Of a DNA stretch of 64,000 nt, positions 43,606 to 54,709 are shown one piece after another (positions within the stretch are counted from its first letter, which is position 1; every line of letters begins with the position of its first letter). Under the pieces are notes generated by a model. It did no database searches and was not told the origin of the DNA. It was given only the letters and a program-made list of their open reading frames with translations. Origin of the DNA: an uncultured delta proteobacterium (lineage in GTDB: Bacteria > Myxococcota > Myxococcia > Myxococcales > Myxococcaceae); contig CAVZMH010000015.1 of assembly GCA_963776345.1 (NCBI GenBank), positions 512,001-576,000 of the forward strand, written 5' to 3'. The translations under genes and the position numbers were made by a program.

Positions 43606-44760
43606 TCACTGTCCCTGGCGCCGCGAACGAGGACGCGTGAGGGGAATCTGCTCCACCACCTCGAGAGTGTAGCTCTCCAGGCCTACGATCTTCTTGGGAT
43701 TGTTGGTCAACAGGCGCAGGCGGCGCAGGCCCAGGTCCTTGAGGATCTGCGCACCCACACCGAACTCGCGGAGCCGGCTCCGGTCGCCCCCCGGCCCGGC
43801 CTCCTCCGCCTCCTGGCGGGTGCAGGCCAGGGCGGACGAGGGGCGCACGGCCTTGTGGAGGTAGACCAGGACCCCCCGGCCGGCGTCGGCGATGGCCTTG
43901 AAGGCCTGGTCCAGCTGGCTGCCGCAGTCGCACCCCGCGCTGCCGAGGAGGTCGCCCACCGGACAGGCGCGGTGCACCCGGGTGAGCACCGGCAGCGGCC
44001 CGGTGATGTCGCCCTTCACCATCGCGATGTGAACGTCGGAGTCCACGTCGCTCTGGTAGGCGTGGGCCATCCAGGTGCCCTGCTGGGGCCGGCGAAGCTC
44101 GCCGCTGGCCACGCGCTTCACCAGCCGGTCGTTCTGGAGCCGGTACCGGATGAGGTCGGCGACGCTGAGCAGGGTGAGTCCGTGCCGGCGGCCGAAGCGC
44201 TGCAGCTCGGGGCGGCGGGCCATCGTCCCGTCGGCGTTCATCACCTCGCAGATGACGCCCGCGGGGAACAGGCCGGCGAGGCGCGCCAGGTCGACCGAGC
44301 CCTCGGTCTGTCCGGTCCGGACCAGCACCCCGCCCGAGCGCGCGCGGAGGGGGAAGACGTGCCCCGGCCGGACGAGGTCGCCCGGCTTCGCCTTCGGCGC
44401 GACGGCGGCGAGGATGGTGCGCGCCCGGTCGGCGGCGGAGATGCCGGTGGTGACCCCGCGAGCCGCCTCGATGGAGACGGTGAAGGCCGTCCCGAAGGGC
44501 GAGGTGTTGTCCTGCACCATCAGCGGGAGCGCCAGCTGGCGAATGCGATCCTCGGTCAAGGACAGGCAGATGAGCCCGCGCCCGTGCATGGCCATGAAGT
44601 TGATCGCCGTCGGCGTCACCCTCTCCGCGGCCATCACGAGGTCGCCCTCGTTCTCGCGGTCCTCGTCGTCGGTGAGGATGACCATCCGCCCCTTGCGGAT
44701 GTCGCCGATGGCCCGCTCGACCAGGCCGATGCTCCCCACCTCTTCCAGCCGCCGTGCCAT
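43606..44760 (-). CDS. ribB: DHBP synthase fused to degenerate GTP cyclohydrolase II domain (RibBA/RibBX-like)
   Basis: [18 protein letters not shown] and [10 protein letters not shown]. The C-domain keeps C..CDC and LLTNNPKK but lacks QEGRGIGL. Confidence 0.9.
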   Translation of the reverse strand: MARRLEEVGSIGLVERAIGDIRKGRMVILTDDEDRENEGDLVMAAERVTPTAINFMAMHGRGLICLSLTEDRIRQLALPLMVQDNTSPFGTAFTVSIEAARGVTTGISAADRARTILAAVAPKAKPGDLVRPGHVFPLRARSGGVLVRTGQTEGSVDLARLAGLFPAGVICEVMNADGTMARRPELQRFGRRHGLTLLSVADLIRYRLQNDRLVKRVASGELRRPQQGTWMAHAYQSDVDSDVHIAMVKGDITGPLPVLTRVHRACPVGDLLGSAGCDCGSQLDQAFKAIADAGRGVLVYLHKAVRPSSALACTRQEAEEAGPGGDRSRLREFGVGAQILKDLGLRRLRLLTNNPKKIVGLESYTLEVVEQIPLTRPRSRRQGQ

Positions 44761-45410
44761 CAGTCCACTCCGAAGCCGGCCAGCCGGAGCATGTCCATCG
44801 TCAGGCCGCCAGACCGGGCGGGGGCGTGGGCCGCGTGGAGCCGGGCGACGTACTTCCCGATGACGTCGGCCTCGACGTTGTAACGCTCGCCGATGGCGCG
44901 GTCGGCGAGCGTGGTCCTCCCTTGCGTCTCGGGAATCAGCTGCACGCCGAAGCGGTCGTCGCCCACCGTGTTGACGGTGAGGCTGACACCGTCCAGCGTG
45001 ACGGAGCCCTTCTCGATGAACAGCGGGGCGAGCTCCGGGGTGAGGCCGATCTCCAGCACCAGCGAGCCGCCCTCGTGCGCCCTGCTCAGGAGCGGCAGCA
45101 CCCCGTCGACGTGGCCGAGCACCAGATGGCCCCCCAGCCGGTCGGACAGGCGAAGCGCCCGCTCGAGATTGACCCTCGACCCGGCGCGCAGCTCGCCCAG
45201 GGTGGTGCGGCGGAGGGTTTCGGGGGCGGCGTCGACCCGGAACTCGTCGCGTGCGCGCTCCACCACGGTGAGGCAGGCCCCGGAGACGGCGATCGACTCC
45301 CCGGGCGCGAACTCGCTTGCCCCCAGGGCAGTCCGGATCCAGAGGACGGTCATGGGGCCCGGGAGAACGCGCTCCACGGTGCCCACGTCCTGCACCAGGC
45401 CAGTGAACAT
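44760..45410 (-). CDS. ribE: Riboflavin synthase (alpha)
   Basis: Starts [24 protein letters not shown] and [14 protein letters not shown]. Confidence 0.96.
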   Translation of the reverse strand: MFTGLVQDVGTVERVLPGPMTVLWIRTALGASEFAPGESIAVSGACLTVVERARDEFRVDAAPETLRRTTLGELRAGSRVNLERALRLSDRLGGHLVLGHVDGVLPLLSRAHEGGSLVLEIGLTPELAPLFIEKGSVTLDGVSLTVNTVGDDRFGVQLIPETQGRTTLADRAIGERYNVEADVIGKYVARLHAAHAPARSGGLTMDMLRLAGFGVD

Positions 45411-45450
45411 GGTCGGCCGTCGCTTATAAGGCCCTCCGAGCAAACCCGCC

Positions 45451-47370
45451 ATGACCGACACCGCCCCCGAGACCCTCCTCGCCGACACCCGCGCCGCCCT
45501 GGCCACCGCCCGCTCCGAGCTGGACACCCTCCTGGGGGTGACGGGACGTCGCACCGAGGCCGACACGCTGGTGCCCTACCAGCGCCTGCAGCTGGCGCTG
45601 TCGAACGCGGGGCACCGGGCGGGGCTCCTGTCCGAGGTGCATCCGGACAAGCCGCTGCGCGACGCTGCCGAGACCGCGGTGCAGGAGATCAGCGCCTACG
45701 CCACGGAGCTGTCGCTCCACCGCGGGCTGTACGAGGCGCTGGCCTCGGTGGCGATGGACGGGCTCGCGCCGGACACGCGGCGGCTCCTCGAGCACACGCT
45801 CCGCGACTTCCGCCGGGCGGGCGTGGACAAGGACGAGCCGACGCGGGCGCGGTTGAAGGAGCTCGCCGACAAGGCGGTGCGGCTGGGCCAGGACTTCGAC
45901 CGGGCCATCCGCGAGGACGTGCGGAGCGTGTCGCTGCGGCCCGAGCAGCTCGCGGGGCTCCCCGAGGACTACCGTGCGTCGCACCAGCCGGGCCCGGACG
46001 GGAAGGTGCGCATCACGACCGACTACCCGGACATTCTCCCCTTCCGGACCTATGCGCACGACGGCGAGGCGCGGCGGCAGCTGTACGTCGAGAACACGTC
46101 GCGGGCGTACCCCGGGAACGAGAAGGTGCTGCGGGAGATCCTCGAGGGGCGGGCCGAGCAGGCGCGGCTCCTCGGCATGGCGTCCTGGGCGGACTACGTG
46201 ACCGAGGACAAGATGTCGAAGTCCGGCAAGACGGTGGCCGAGTTCCTGGCCCGGGTGGCGGCGGTGAGCGAGGGGCCGGCGAAGCGCGACGTGGAGCGGC
46301 TGCTCCGGCGCAAGCAGAAGGACGTGCCCTCCGCGACGCGGGTCGAGGACTGGGAGAAGTCCTACTACGAGGAGCGGGTGAAGCAGGAGGAGCTCGACTT
46401 CGACTCGCAGTCGGTCCGGCCCTACTTCGAGTTCAACCGGGTGCGGGATGGCCTGCTGACCATCACCTCGCGGCTCTTCGGCATCCGGTACGTCCCGGCG
46501 AAGAACTCCGCGTCGTGGCATCCGAAGGTCGAGTCGTACGACGTGTTCCGCGGGGACGAGCGTCTGGGGCGCATCCACCTCGACCTCCATCCGCGGGCGG
46601 ACAAGTACAAGCACGCGGCGCAGTTCCCGATCGTCTCCGGCGTGACGGGGGTGCAGCTCCCCGAGGGCGCGCTGGTCTGCAACTTCGCCGACCCGGCGGT
46701 CCACAGCCCGGCGCTGCTCGACCACGACGACGTGGTGACACTGTTCCACGAGTTCGGGCACCTGATGCACCACGTGCTCGGCGGCCGGCAGAAGTGGCTC
46801 GGCTTCTCGGGCGTGGCCACCGAGTGGGACTTCGTGGAGGCCCCGAGCCAGATGCTCGAGGAGTGGGCCTGGGACCCGGGGACGCTGGCTCTCTTCGCCC
46901 GGCACATCGAGACGAACGAGGCCATCCCGGCCGAGCTGGTCCACCGGATGCGCGAGGCGAACGAGTTCGGGAAGGGTACGCACACCCGGCATCAAGTCTT
47001 CTACGCGCAGCTCTCGCTCGCACTGCACACGCAGCCGCCGGCGGAGGTCGACATCACGGCGACGATGGTGGAGCTGCAGAAGCGCTACAGCCCGTTCCCC
47101 TACGTCGAGGGCACGCACTTCTTCGCCAGCTTCGGGCACCTCAACGGGTACTCGGCGATGTATTACACGTATTTGTGGTCACTGGTGATCGCCAAGGACC
47201 TGCTCGGCGAGTTCCAGCGGCACGGGCTGCTCGACGAAGCGACGGCGAGCCGCTACCGCGACACGGTGCTGGTCCCGGGCGGCAGCAAGGACGCCGCCGA
47301 TCTGGTGAAGGACTTCCTCGGTCGGCCGTACGGCTTCGAGGCGTTCCAGGCGTGGCTGGAACGCAGCTGA
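45451..47370 (+). CDS. M3 family (thimet oligopeptidase-like) metallopeptidase
   Basis: DLHPRADKYKHA, FHEFGH, DFVEAPSQMLEEW and GYSAMYYTYLWS. Confidence 0.93.
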   Translation: MTDTAPETLLADTRAALATARSELDTLLGVTGRRTEADTLVPYQRLQLALSNAGHRAGLLSEVHPDKPLRDAAETAVQEISAYATELSLHRGLYEALASVAMDGLAPDTRRLLEHTLRDFRRAGVDKDEPTRARLKELADKAVRLGQDFDRAIREDVRSVSLRPEQLAGLPEDYRASHQPGPDGKVRITTDYPDILPFRTYAHDGEARRQLYVENTSRAYPGNEKVLREILEGRAEQARLLGMASWADYVTEDKMSKSGKTVAEFLARVAAVSEGPAKRDVERLLRRKQKDVPSATRVEDWEKSYYEERVKQEELDFDSQSVRPYFEFNRVRDGLLTITSRLFGIRYVPAKNSASWHPKVESYDVFRGDERLGRIHLDLHPRADKYKHAAQFPIVSGVTGVQLPEGALVCNFADPAVHSPALLDHDDVVTLFHEFGHLMHHVLGGRQKWLGFSGVATEWDFVEAPSQMLEEWAWDPGTLALFARHIETNEAIPAELVHRMREANEFGKGTHTRHQVFYAQLSLALHTQPPAEVDITATMVELQKRYSPFPYVEGTHFFASFGHLNGYSAMYYTYLWSLVIAKDLLGEFQRHGLLDEATASRYRDTVLVPGGSKDAADLVKDFLGRPYGFEAFQAWLERS

Positions 47371-47481
47371 GACTCCGTCACTCGCCAGTCGGCGCAGCGG
47401 TACCCGAGGACACTATTCCGCAGGACCCAGCGGCCTCCACCAAAGTGTCGGCAGTCGTGCCGATCACTGGCCCGCCGACTC

Positions 47482-49483
47482 TCAGGCTCGGACGTCGATC
47501 CGATTGTCGTAGAAGGTGCTGCCGCCGCCCGAGTCCGTCAGCCGCTGCGAGGTCAGCCCGTTCACGTTGCGCGCGTTGCCCGCCTGGATGGAGTGAACGC
47601 CCTCGGCGATGGCGACCCCCGGCGGTACGGCGTCGGTCACCTCGAGCAGGAAGCACACCTCGCCGAGCGCGTTGAACGCCGTGACCCGCTGTCCCGCGGC
47701 GAGACCTCGCGGCGGCCGCGTCGGCGGGTGAGAGCCGGAGCGTCTGTGCGCCGAGCTTTGCCGCGAGCTCCGCGCGCTCGGTGAAGGATGAGTTCAGACG
47801 ATAGAGCGCCGGCGCCGTCTGCAGCCGAATGGCAGCCCTGCTGCTCCAGATCGGCGTGCGTCGGCCGGTGCCGGGGGAGCGGCTCCTTCGAGACGTTCGT
47901 TCCGCAGCTCGATCTTTCCGGATGGCGTGAGCCACGCCCCGCGCGGGGGATACAGCCGAACCGCGCGGCCGGCATCCAGCGCCTCCCGGTCCAGCCCCTC
48001 GAGCCAGGGTGAGGAGACGGCGAGGATCGCGTCGATGTGCTCGTCCGCCGACCGCGAGAAGACCTCGTCCTTGAGCCCAAGCGCCTGGGCCAGGGTCTGG
48101 ATGGTCTCCCAGTTCGGCGGGACTCTCCCGAGCGGAGGAATCACCGGCCTCGTCCGCTGGATGAAGAACTGGCCGTAGCTCCGGTAGAGGTCTGCCGTCT
48201 CCAGCATCGTCGGCGCCGGAAGCACCACGTCTGCGTAGAGCGCGGTGTCGGTGAGGAACCGCTCGTGGACCACGGTGAAGAGGTCCTCACGCGACGAGCC
48301 CCTTGAGCACCGCGTTCTGATCCGGACACACCGCCGCCGGATTCGAGTTCGCCACGAACAGCGCCATCACCCTCGGGCGGTCGAGCTCGTTCAGCGCGTG
48401 GCCCAGCCGGTTCATGTTCACCGTTCGCGTCGGCCCGGGTAGCAGATCTGGCCGGGTGAACGAGCTGAGGTCGAAGGCGTCCTGGCTCCCGGTGCTGGCC
48501 AGGAATCCTCCACCCTTCTCGGCCCAGGCGCCGACGGCCGCGGGGAGGCAGATCAGCGCCCGGGTGGAGATCGCGCTGTTGCCGTAGCGCGACAGGCCAC
48601 CGCCCACCCGGATGAACGGTGCCCGAGCCTGACCGTAGGCTCTGGCCAGGACGAGCACTGTCCTCGACGGAGAGACCGGTGAGCCGGGCCACCGCGTCCG
48701 GCGCGTACCCGGGCAGGACCTCGCGCTCCAGCTCGCCCCAGCCCACGGTGTTCGCTCGAGGAATGCGCGGTCGAGGAGATTCTCCCGGGCGAGCACGTGG
48801 ATCATCCCGAGCGCGAGCGCGCCGTCCGACCCCGGCCGGACGAGGAAGACCCGGTCCACGTGCGGCCGCCGTCGGCTGTCGGTGCGTGTCGATGAGGAAG
48901 GCGCGGCCGCCGGCGCGGCGCGCCGCCTTCACCTGCGAGAGGAAGTGGATGTTGGTGGCGAGCGCGTTGATGCCCCAGAGCACCACCAGGTCACTCTGCG
49001 CGGCCTCGTCGGGATCCGAGCCCGGCGTCTTGCCCATCACCTGCGCCCAGCCTGCGTTCTGGGCCGGCGTGCAGATGGTGCGGTCGAGCAGCGAGGCGCC
49101 GAGCCGTGGAACAGCGGCTCCTGCGCGTTGCGCTGGATGAGCCCATCGTGCCCGCGTAGGTGAACGGGAGGATGCACTCGCGGCCGTGCGCGGCGATGAG
49201 CGCCCGCCAGCGGTCGGCGATCGAGCGCCGCCGCCTCGTCCCAGGACGCCCGGCGGAACGCTCCCTTCCCCTTCGGGCCGGAGCGCACGAGCGGAGTCAG
49301 GAACCGACCCGGCGCGTGCACCGTCTTCTCGTACCCGTTCACCTTCGGGCACAGCGTGCCGCGGGTGTAGCCGTGCTCCGAGTCACCCCGGACCGATCGG
49401 ACGTTCAGCCCGTCCGTCTCCACCACCAGGCCGCAGGCGTCGGGGCAGTCGTAGGGGCAGGTCGATCGCTGAGTGCGAACCAT
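47482..49483 (-). pseudogene. DMSO-reductase-family molybdopterin oxidoreductase, multiply frameshifted
   Basis: ATG 49483 STCPYDCPDAC...LCPK (Fe-S), then segments in alternating frames: RTICTPAQ, VVLWGIN, RPGSDGALALG, NSNPAA, TDTALYADVVLPA, TPSGKIEL, and TFYDNRIDVRA* ending at 47482. Confidence 0.8.
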
Positions 49484-49586
49484 CGTGTCTCGAAGCGTGC
49501 CCGAGACACCGCGCGGCCGCCACTGACAGCGGCCCCGCCGCAGGACGAGCACAGGCCTGGCTGGGGCCGGGGTCAGCGCCGACGCT

Positions 49587-50016
49587 TCAGTGCTTCGGTT
49601 CCGCGGGGCGCAGGTCCTCGTAGCCGCCGCCCGAGAGGACGGTGACGTCCGTCCAGCCCTCGGCGACGAGGAACTGGGCGGCCCTCCCCGCCCTGTTTCC
49701 GGTCGCGCAGTAGAGGAGCACCGGCCGGTCCTTGGGAAGCTTGCCGTGCTCGCGCGCGAAGACGCCGCTCGTGTAGGGCATCAGCTCAGCACCCTGCAGG
49801 TACCCCGCTGCGGTCTCGGTCGGCTCGCGCACGTCGAGGAGCGTGAAGCTTCCCCGCGGTGCGCGCCTTCTCCAGCGCGGCCTTGAACTCCGCCGGCTCG
49901 AGCTTCCGGATCGGAGCCGCCGAGCCGGCCTTCGACCCCGCATCCGGCGCATCCTTCGCCCACGCCGGTGCGGCGACGCCGATTCCGAGGAGCAGACCCA
50001 TCCAGCGCACGCGCAT
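49587..50016 (-). CDS. Exported rhodanese-domain protein (one frameshift ~49850)
   Basis: Signal peptide MRVRWMGLLLGIGVAAPAWA, then LLDVREPTE and YCATGNRA in the adjacent frame. Confidence 0.75.
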
Positions 50017-50546
50017 CAGTACGCCTCCACCACGAACGAGGTCTGCTTCACCACCGTCGACCCGGCCGAGTCCTCCAGCCGGAGCGCGACCGCGTACCGC
50101 CCGGGCGGGACGCCCGCCGCGGCCTGCACCTGCGAGGTGCACATGCAACCCTCGCCGCACGGCGTGCCCTCCACCGCCTCGAAGAAGTTCACCTGCCCCG
50201 CCGCGCGCTGCACGTAGATCTTCGCCTTGGTGCAGCAGGCGTGGGTCAGGTTGTGCGCGACCCAGACCCCGGCCGGCTGCATCCCGAGCTGCACCTCGGT
50301 CGCCGACGGCGCGCGGCTCCCCTGCACCATCGGCGGCCAGCTCGCGGCGTCCTGCTCGGAGGGGCTCGTCGACTCCGAGCAGCCGGTCACCTTCGCCATG
50401 GACTGCTCCGGACCGAGCGGGGGCGGAGGCGGCAGAGCCGGGGGCGGCGGGAGCTGCTGCTGGCCCTCGGAGCCGGGGACGTACTTCGCCGACTTCTCGC
50501 TGGAACACGCCACGGCGAGCAGGAGCAGCGGGAGCAGAAGACGCAT
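50016..50546 (-). CDS. Cys-rich hypothetical lipoprotein
   Basis: Lipobox LLAVAC, Pro linker, HACC and CGEGCMC. Its stop overlaps the rhodanese ATG. Confidence 0.72.
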   Translation of the reverse strand: MRLLLPLLLLAVACSSEKSAKYVPGSEGQQQLPPPPALPPPPPLGPEQSMAKVTGCSESTSPSEQDAASWPPMVQGSRAPSATEVQLGMQPAGVWVAHNLTHACCTKAKIYVQRAAGQVNFFEAVEGTPCGEGCMCTSQVQAAAGVPPGRYAVALRLEDSAGSTVVKQTSFVVEAY

Positions 50547-50668
50547 GGGGCGAGAACTCTCCGACATGAGCGGATGGGGGTCCATGTGGGTCCTTCCAGG
50601 CCAGCGTAACCGGTGGGAGTCCAACGCAGGGAGCCCCCGGAACCTTCACCGGTGAATGCGCATCCAAT

Positions 50669-50684
50669 CGGCACGTCCGTTGCG
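50669..50684 (+). promoter_or_regulatory. Candidate sigma54 -24/-12 element
   Basis: CGGCACGTCCGTTGCG (GGCAC-N5-TTGC). Confidence 0.55.
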
Positions 50685-50697
50685 TAGGAGCTTCGAC

Positions 50698-50865
50698 ATG
50701 CACCGCACCCATCTCTGCAGCCACTGCCTCCGCCGCCGGGTTCTCCTCTGGGCGAGCGCGTTCTTCGTGACCGTGGGGGCCGTCGGCGCCCTCGGCTCCG
50801 CCGGGTCAGCCGAAGCCGCCAGGGGTCAAACCACCCCGGCGCCGGTCCAGACCGCGTCCCGCTAG
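50698..50865 (+). CDS. Small membrane protein with CxxC motif
   Basis: AGGAG 7 nt before ATG 50698. MHRTHLCSHCLRRRVLLWASAFFVTVGAVGALG (CxxC, basic patch, TM). Confidence 0.5.
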   Translation: MHRTHLCSHCLRRRVLLWASAFFVTVGAVGALGSAGSAEAARGQTTPAPVQTASR

Positions 50866-52031
50866 GCGGGACCGAGCAGGGCACGGACCTCCAGGTCCTC
50901 GCCCAGCGGCCGGACCGACTCGACCCTCACCGGACGGGCCCCGGCCATCCGATCCAGCCCCAGCGGACCGAGCCAGGACGTCCCGTCGCCGCCCACCAGC
51001 TTGGGCGCCAGGTGCAGCACCAGCGCATCCGCCAGCCCCGCCCGGATGAACGCCGAGAACACCGTGGGGCCCCCCTCCACCAGCACGTGCAGCACGTCGC
51101 GCCGGAGCAGCGCGCGAAGCATCGCCTCGAGGTCGACCCTCCCCGGCTGGCCCGGAACGGCCAGGAGGTCGGCCCCGGTGGCGGCGAGGGCCCCGGCGCG
51201 CTCCCCGCCCTGCCCGTCCACGTGGACCAGCAGGGTGCGCGCGGTCGACTCGAGGTTGAAGAGCCGCCGGTCCGGCGGAAGCCGGAGCGCCGAATCCAGC
51301 ACCACGCGGAGCGCGTCTCGCCCCCCGCCCTCCGGCAGCCGGGTGGTCAGCGCCGGGTCGTCGGTCCGGACCGTGCCCGCTCCCACCAGGATGGCGTCCA
51401 CCTCGTTCCGGAGCCGGTGCACCTCGGCGCGCGCCGCCTCGCCGGTCACCCAGCGGCTGTCGCCGGAGGCGGTGGCGAGCTTTCCGTCGAGCGACACCGC
51501 GGCCTTCAAGGTCACCCAGGGCAGGCCGGAGCGCATCGCCTTGAAGAAGGGCCGGTTCAGCGCATCGGTCTCGGCCACGAGCACGCCGGTCCACACCGGC
51601 ATCCCCAGCCTGCGCAGCCGCCGCACGCCGCGGCCGTCGACCAGCGGATTCGGGTCCTCCGAGCCGGCGAACACCCGCGCCACCCCCGCCGCCAGGATGG
51701 CCTCGGTGCATGGCGGCGTCCGTCCGAAGTGGTCGCACGGCTCGAGCGTGGTGAAGAGGTCCGCCCCGCGCGCCCGCGGCCCGGCGTCGGCGATGGCCCG
51801 CACCTCGGCGTGGGGTCCGCCCGCCGGCGCGGTGTGACCCCGGCCGACGATCTGCCCGCCCTGCACCACCACCGCGCCCACCGCGGGGTTGGGGTGGGTG
51901 CGTCCCACCGCGCGGCGCGCCTCGGCGATCGCCTCGCGCATCCAGGCCTCGGCCCCGGCGGGGAGCTCCTCGCCGCCTTCAGTCTTCGAGGCGCCCGCGG
52001 GGTCTCCGCGCGGCGTCGGCGCCGTGGTCAT
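50862..52031 (-). CDS. ribD: Riboflavin deaminase/reductase RibD
   Basis: [29 protein letters not shown] and VEGG. Confidence 0.96.
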   Translation of the reverse strand: MTTAPTPRGDPAGASKTEGGEELPAGAEAWMREAIAEARRAVGRTHPNPAVGAVVVQGGQIVGRGHTAPAGGPHAEVRAIADAGPRARGADLFTTLEPCDHFGRTPPCTEAILAAGVARVFAGSEDPNPLVDGRGVRRLRRLGMPVWTGVLVAETDALNRPFFKAMRSGLPWVTLKAAVSLDGKLATASGDSRWVTGEAARAEVHRLRNEVDAILVGAGTVRTDDPALTTRLPEGGGRDALRVVLDSALRLPPDRRLFNLESTARTLLVHVDGQGGERAGALAATGADLLAVPGQPGRVDLEAMLRALLRRDVLHVLVEGGPTVFSAFIRAGLADALVLHLAPKLVGGDGTSWLGPLGLDRMAGARPVRVESVRPLGEDLEVRALLGPA

Positions 52032-52476
52032 CGAGTAGGCCCTTCAGCTCGTCCATGAACTCCTCGATGTCCCGGAAGCTCCGGTACACCGATGCGAACC
52101 GGACGTACGCCACCTGGTCGAGCGCACGCAACCGGCGCATCACCTCCTCGCCGATGAGGCTGGAGGAGACCTCCTTCTCCCCGCGCTCGAGGAGCCGCGA
52201 CTCCACCTCGGCCACCAGCGCCTCCAGCTGGTCCATCGACACCGGCCGCTTCTCCACCGCCTTCTGCAGGCCGGAGATGAGCTTCTCCCGGTCGTACGGC
52301 TCGCGCCGCCCGTCCTTCTTCACCACCAGCGGCATCAGCTCCTCGACCCGCTCGTAGGTGGTGAAGCGCTTGCGGCAGCCGAGGCACTCCCGCCGCCGCC
52401 GGGTCACCGTCCCCTCCGCCGACTCGCGCGAGTCGAGGACCTTGCTGTCGTCGCGCTTGCAGAAGGGACAGCGCAT
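51979..52476 (-). CDS. nrdR: Transcriptional repressor NrdR
   Basis: [21 protein letters not shown] and [11 protein letters not shown]. Confidence 0.97.
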   Translation of the reverse strand: MRCPFCKRDDSKVLDSRESAEGTVTRRRRECLGCRKRFTTYERVEELMPLVVKKDGRREPYDREKLISGLQKAVEKRPVSMDQLEALVAEVESRLLERGEKEVSSSLIGEEVMRRLRALDQVAYVRFASVYRSFRDIEEFMDELKGLLDDHGADAARRPRGRLED

Positions 52477-53736
52477 TCAGCTCCGGAGGCGCGAGGCGTA
52501 GAGCGGGAAGCTCCGCGCCAGCTCGTGCACCTTGCCCGCCACCCGCGACAGGGCGGCGTCGTCGGCCGCGTGGTCCAGCGCCTCGACGATCAGCCCGCCC
52601 ACCGTGGCCATCTCCGCCTCCTTCATCCCGCGGGTGGTGAGCGCCGGGGTGCCGATGCGGATGCCGGAGGTGACCATCGGCTTCTCCGGGTCGAAGGCGA
52701 TCATGTTCTTGTTGACGGTGATCGCCGCCTTCCCCAGGACGGCCTCGGCCACCTTCCCGGTCAGCTTCTTCGGCCGCAGGTCCACCAGCATCAGGTGGGT
52801 GTCCGTGCCGCCGGAGACCAGGCGCAGCCCGCCCCGCTGCAGCGCCTCGGCCAGGGCCTTGGCGTTGGCGACGATCTGCCGCTGGTAGGCGGCGAACTCC
52901 GGCTGCAGCGCCTCGTGGAGGGCGACGGCCTTGCCGGCGATGACGTGCATCAGGGGGCCGCCCTGGATGCCGGGGAAGATGTTGCTGTTCACCGCCTTGG
53001 CGAACGGCTCCTTGGAGAGGACCAGCCCTCCGCGCGGCCCGCGCAGCGTCTTGTGGGTGGTGGTCGTCACCAGCTCGGCGAGCGGGACCGGCGAGGGGTG
53101 GATCCCCGCGGCCACCAGCCCTGCGATGTGCGCCATGTCGACGACCAGCACCGCGCCGACGCTGTCGGCGATCTCCCGGAACGCTGCGAACTCCAGGACT
53201 CGTGGATACGCCGAGGCGCCGACGACGATGATCTTCGGCCGGTGCTCGCGGGCCAGCGACTGCACCTGCCCGAGGTCGATGCGCTCGGTGGCGCGGTCCA
53301 GGCCGTAGTGGACGATCTTGTAGAGCTTCCCGGAGAAGTTCAGCGCCATCCCGTGCGTCAGGTGCCCGCCCGAGTTGAGGTCCAGGCTGAGCATCGTGTC
53401 CCCGGGCTGCACCACGGACATGTACGCGGCCATGTTGGCCTGGCTGCCCGAGTGGGGCTGCACGTTGGCCGCCTCGGCGCCGAAGAGCTTCTTCGCCCGC
53501 TCGATGGCCAGGGACTCCACCTGGTCCACCACCTCGCAGCCGCCGTAGTAGCGCTTCCCGGGGTACCCCTCGGCGTACTTGTTGGTCAGGGTGGAGCCGA
53601 CGGCCTCCATCACCGCCGGGCTGACGAAGTTCTCGGAGGCGATGAGCTCGAGCCCCTCCTCCTGGCGCTCGGTCTCCTTCCGGACCAGGGAGGCGATGTC
53701 CGGGTCCACCTGGGCGAGGGTGCGGGTGTTCTCCAT
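52477..53736 (-). CDS. glyA: Serine hydroxymethyltransferase
   Basis: [24 protein letters not shown] and [14 protein letters not shown]. Confidence 0.98.
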   Translation of the reverse strand: MENTRTLAQVDPDIASLVRKETERQEEGLELIASENFVSPAVMEAVGSTLTNKYAEGYPGKRYYGGCEVVDQVESLAIERAKKLFGAEAANVQPHSGSQANMAAYMSVVQPGDTMLSLDLNSGGHLTHGMALNFSGKLYKIVHYGLDRATERIDLGQVQSLAREHRPKIIVVGASAYPRVLEFAAFREIADSVGAVLVVDMAHIAGLVAAGIHPSPVPLAELVTTTTHKTLRGPRGGLVLSKEPFAKAVNSNIFPGIQGGPLMHVIAGKAVALHEALQPEFAAYQRQIVANAKALAEALQRGGLRLVSGGTDTHLMLVDLRPKKLTGKVAEAVLGKAAITVNKNMIAFDPEKPMVTSGIRIGTPALTTRGMKEAEMATVGGLIVEALDHAADDAALSRVAGKVHELARSFPLYASRLRS

Positions 53737-53835
53737 GGCCGGCCTCATAGCAGAGGCCCCGGACGGCCGCCGCACCCCGCGGTGGAGCAAGGGCGCTTCG
53801 CGGGGGGGCGCCGGGGATGCGAGACTCCCGGGCCC

Positions 53836-54708
53836 GTGGACGACCAGGACCCCGAGCTGGCGCGCATCCGACAGGCCATCGAGTCGCTGGACCGCTCGCT
53901 CCTGGCGCTCCTCCGCGAGCGGCAGCAGCTCGGCCAGCAGGCCGCCCGGGCGAAGATCGCCGCAGCGGTCCCTCTGCGCGACCCGTTCCGCGAGGCGGTG
54001 GTGCTTCGCCGGGCGCGCGAGACGGCCACCGAGCTCGGGCTCGACGCGCACCAGTCGGAGCGGCTGTACCGGCTGATCATCGACATGTCCGTCTCCCAGC
54101 AGCAGACCCATCTGCTCGAGCTGGAGACGGTGCCGCTGCGGGTCGCCTTCCAGGGCGTGGAGGGGAGCCCGGGCCAGCTCGCGGCGCAGGCGCGCTACGG
54201 CGGCCGGCGTGGGGGCGCGCTGCTCGAGGGCCATCCCACGCTCGGCGAGGCGGTGGAAGCGGTGCGCTCGGGGCGGGCCGACGTGGCGCTCCTTCCCCTG
54301 GAGAGCACCGAGGAAGGCTCGACCCGGACGATGGACCTCCTGGCCGGGGCGGGCCTGGTGATCAGCGGCGAGCAGGTGCAGCGCGATGGAGAGCACTACA
54401 CCCGCTACGTCGAGCTGGGCCGCGAGCCGCCCGCGGTGCCCGAGGACGTGCCGTGCAAGACCTCGGTGATCCTCACGCTCGCCGACCGCGCGGGTGCGCT
54501 GGGCGAGGTGCTCCAGTCGTTCGCCAGGCACGGGGTGAACCTCACCCGCATCGAGTCGCGCCCGGTGCCGGGAACCCCGCCGCGGTTCCGCTTCTTCATC
54601 GACATGGAGGGTCACGCCGCCGGGCAGCGCGTCTCACGCGCGCTCGAGGAGGCGCGGGCGCACGGGGAGATCCGGGTGGTCGGTTCCTATCCAGCGTCCC
54701 GAGGGTGA
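53836..54708 (+). CDS. Chorismate mutase fused to truncated prephenate dehydratase and ACT domain
   Basis: GTG 53836. AroQ pattern [32 protein letters not shown]-lobe [16 protein letters not shown], immediately YTRY, then [22 protein letters not shown]. Confidence 0.85.
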   Translation: MDDQDPELARIRQAIESLDRSLLALLRERQQLGQQAARAKIAAAVPLRDPFREAVVLRRARETATELGLDAHQSERLYRLIIDMSVSQQQTHLLELETVPLRVAFQGVEGSPGQLAAQARYGGRRGGALLEGHPTLGEAVEAVRSGRADVALLPLESTEEGSTRTMDLLAGAGLVISGEQVQRDGEHYTRYVELGREPPAVPEDVPCKTSVILTLADRAGALGEVLQSFARHGVNLTRIESRPVPGTPPRFRFFIDMEGHAAGQRVSRALEEARAHGEIRVVGSYPASRG

Positions 54709-54709
54709 G

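Noticed and set aside
53737..53835. Possible riboswitch upstream of glyA or the rib genes
   Set aside because: The intergenic spaces are short, and I saw no glycine, ZTP or FMN aptamer consensus.
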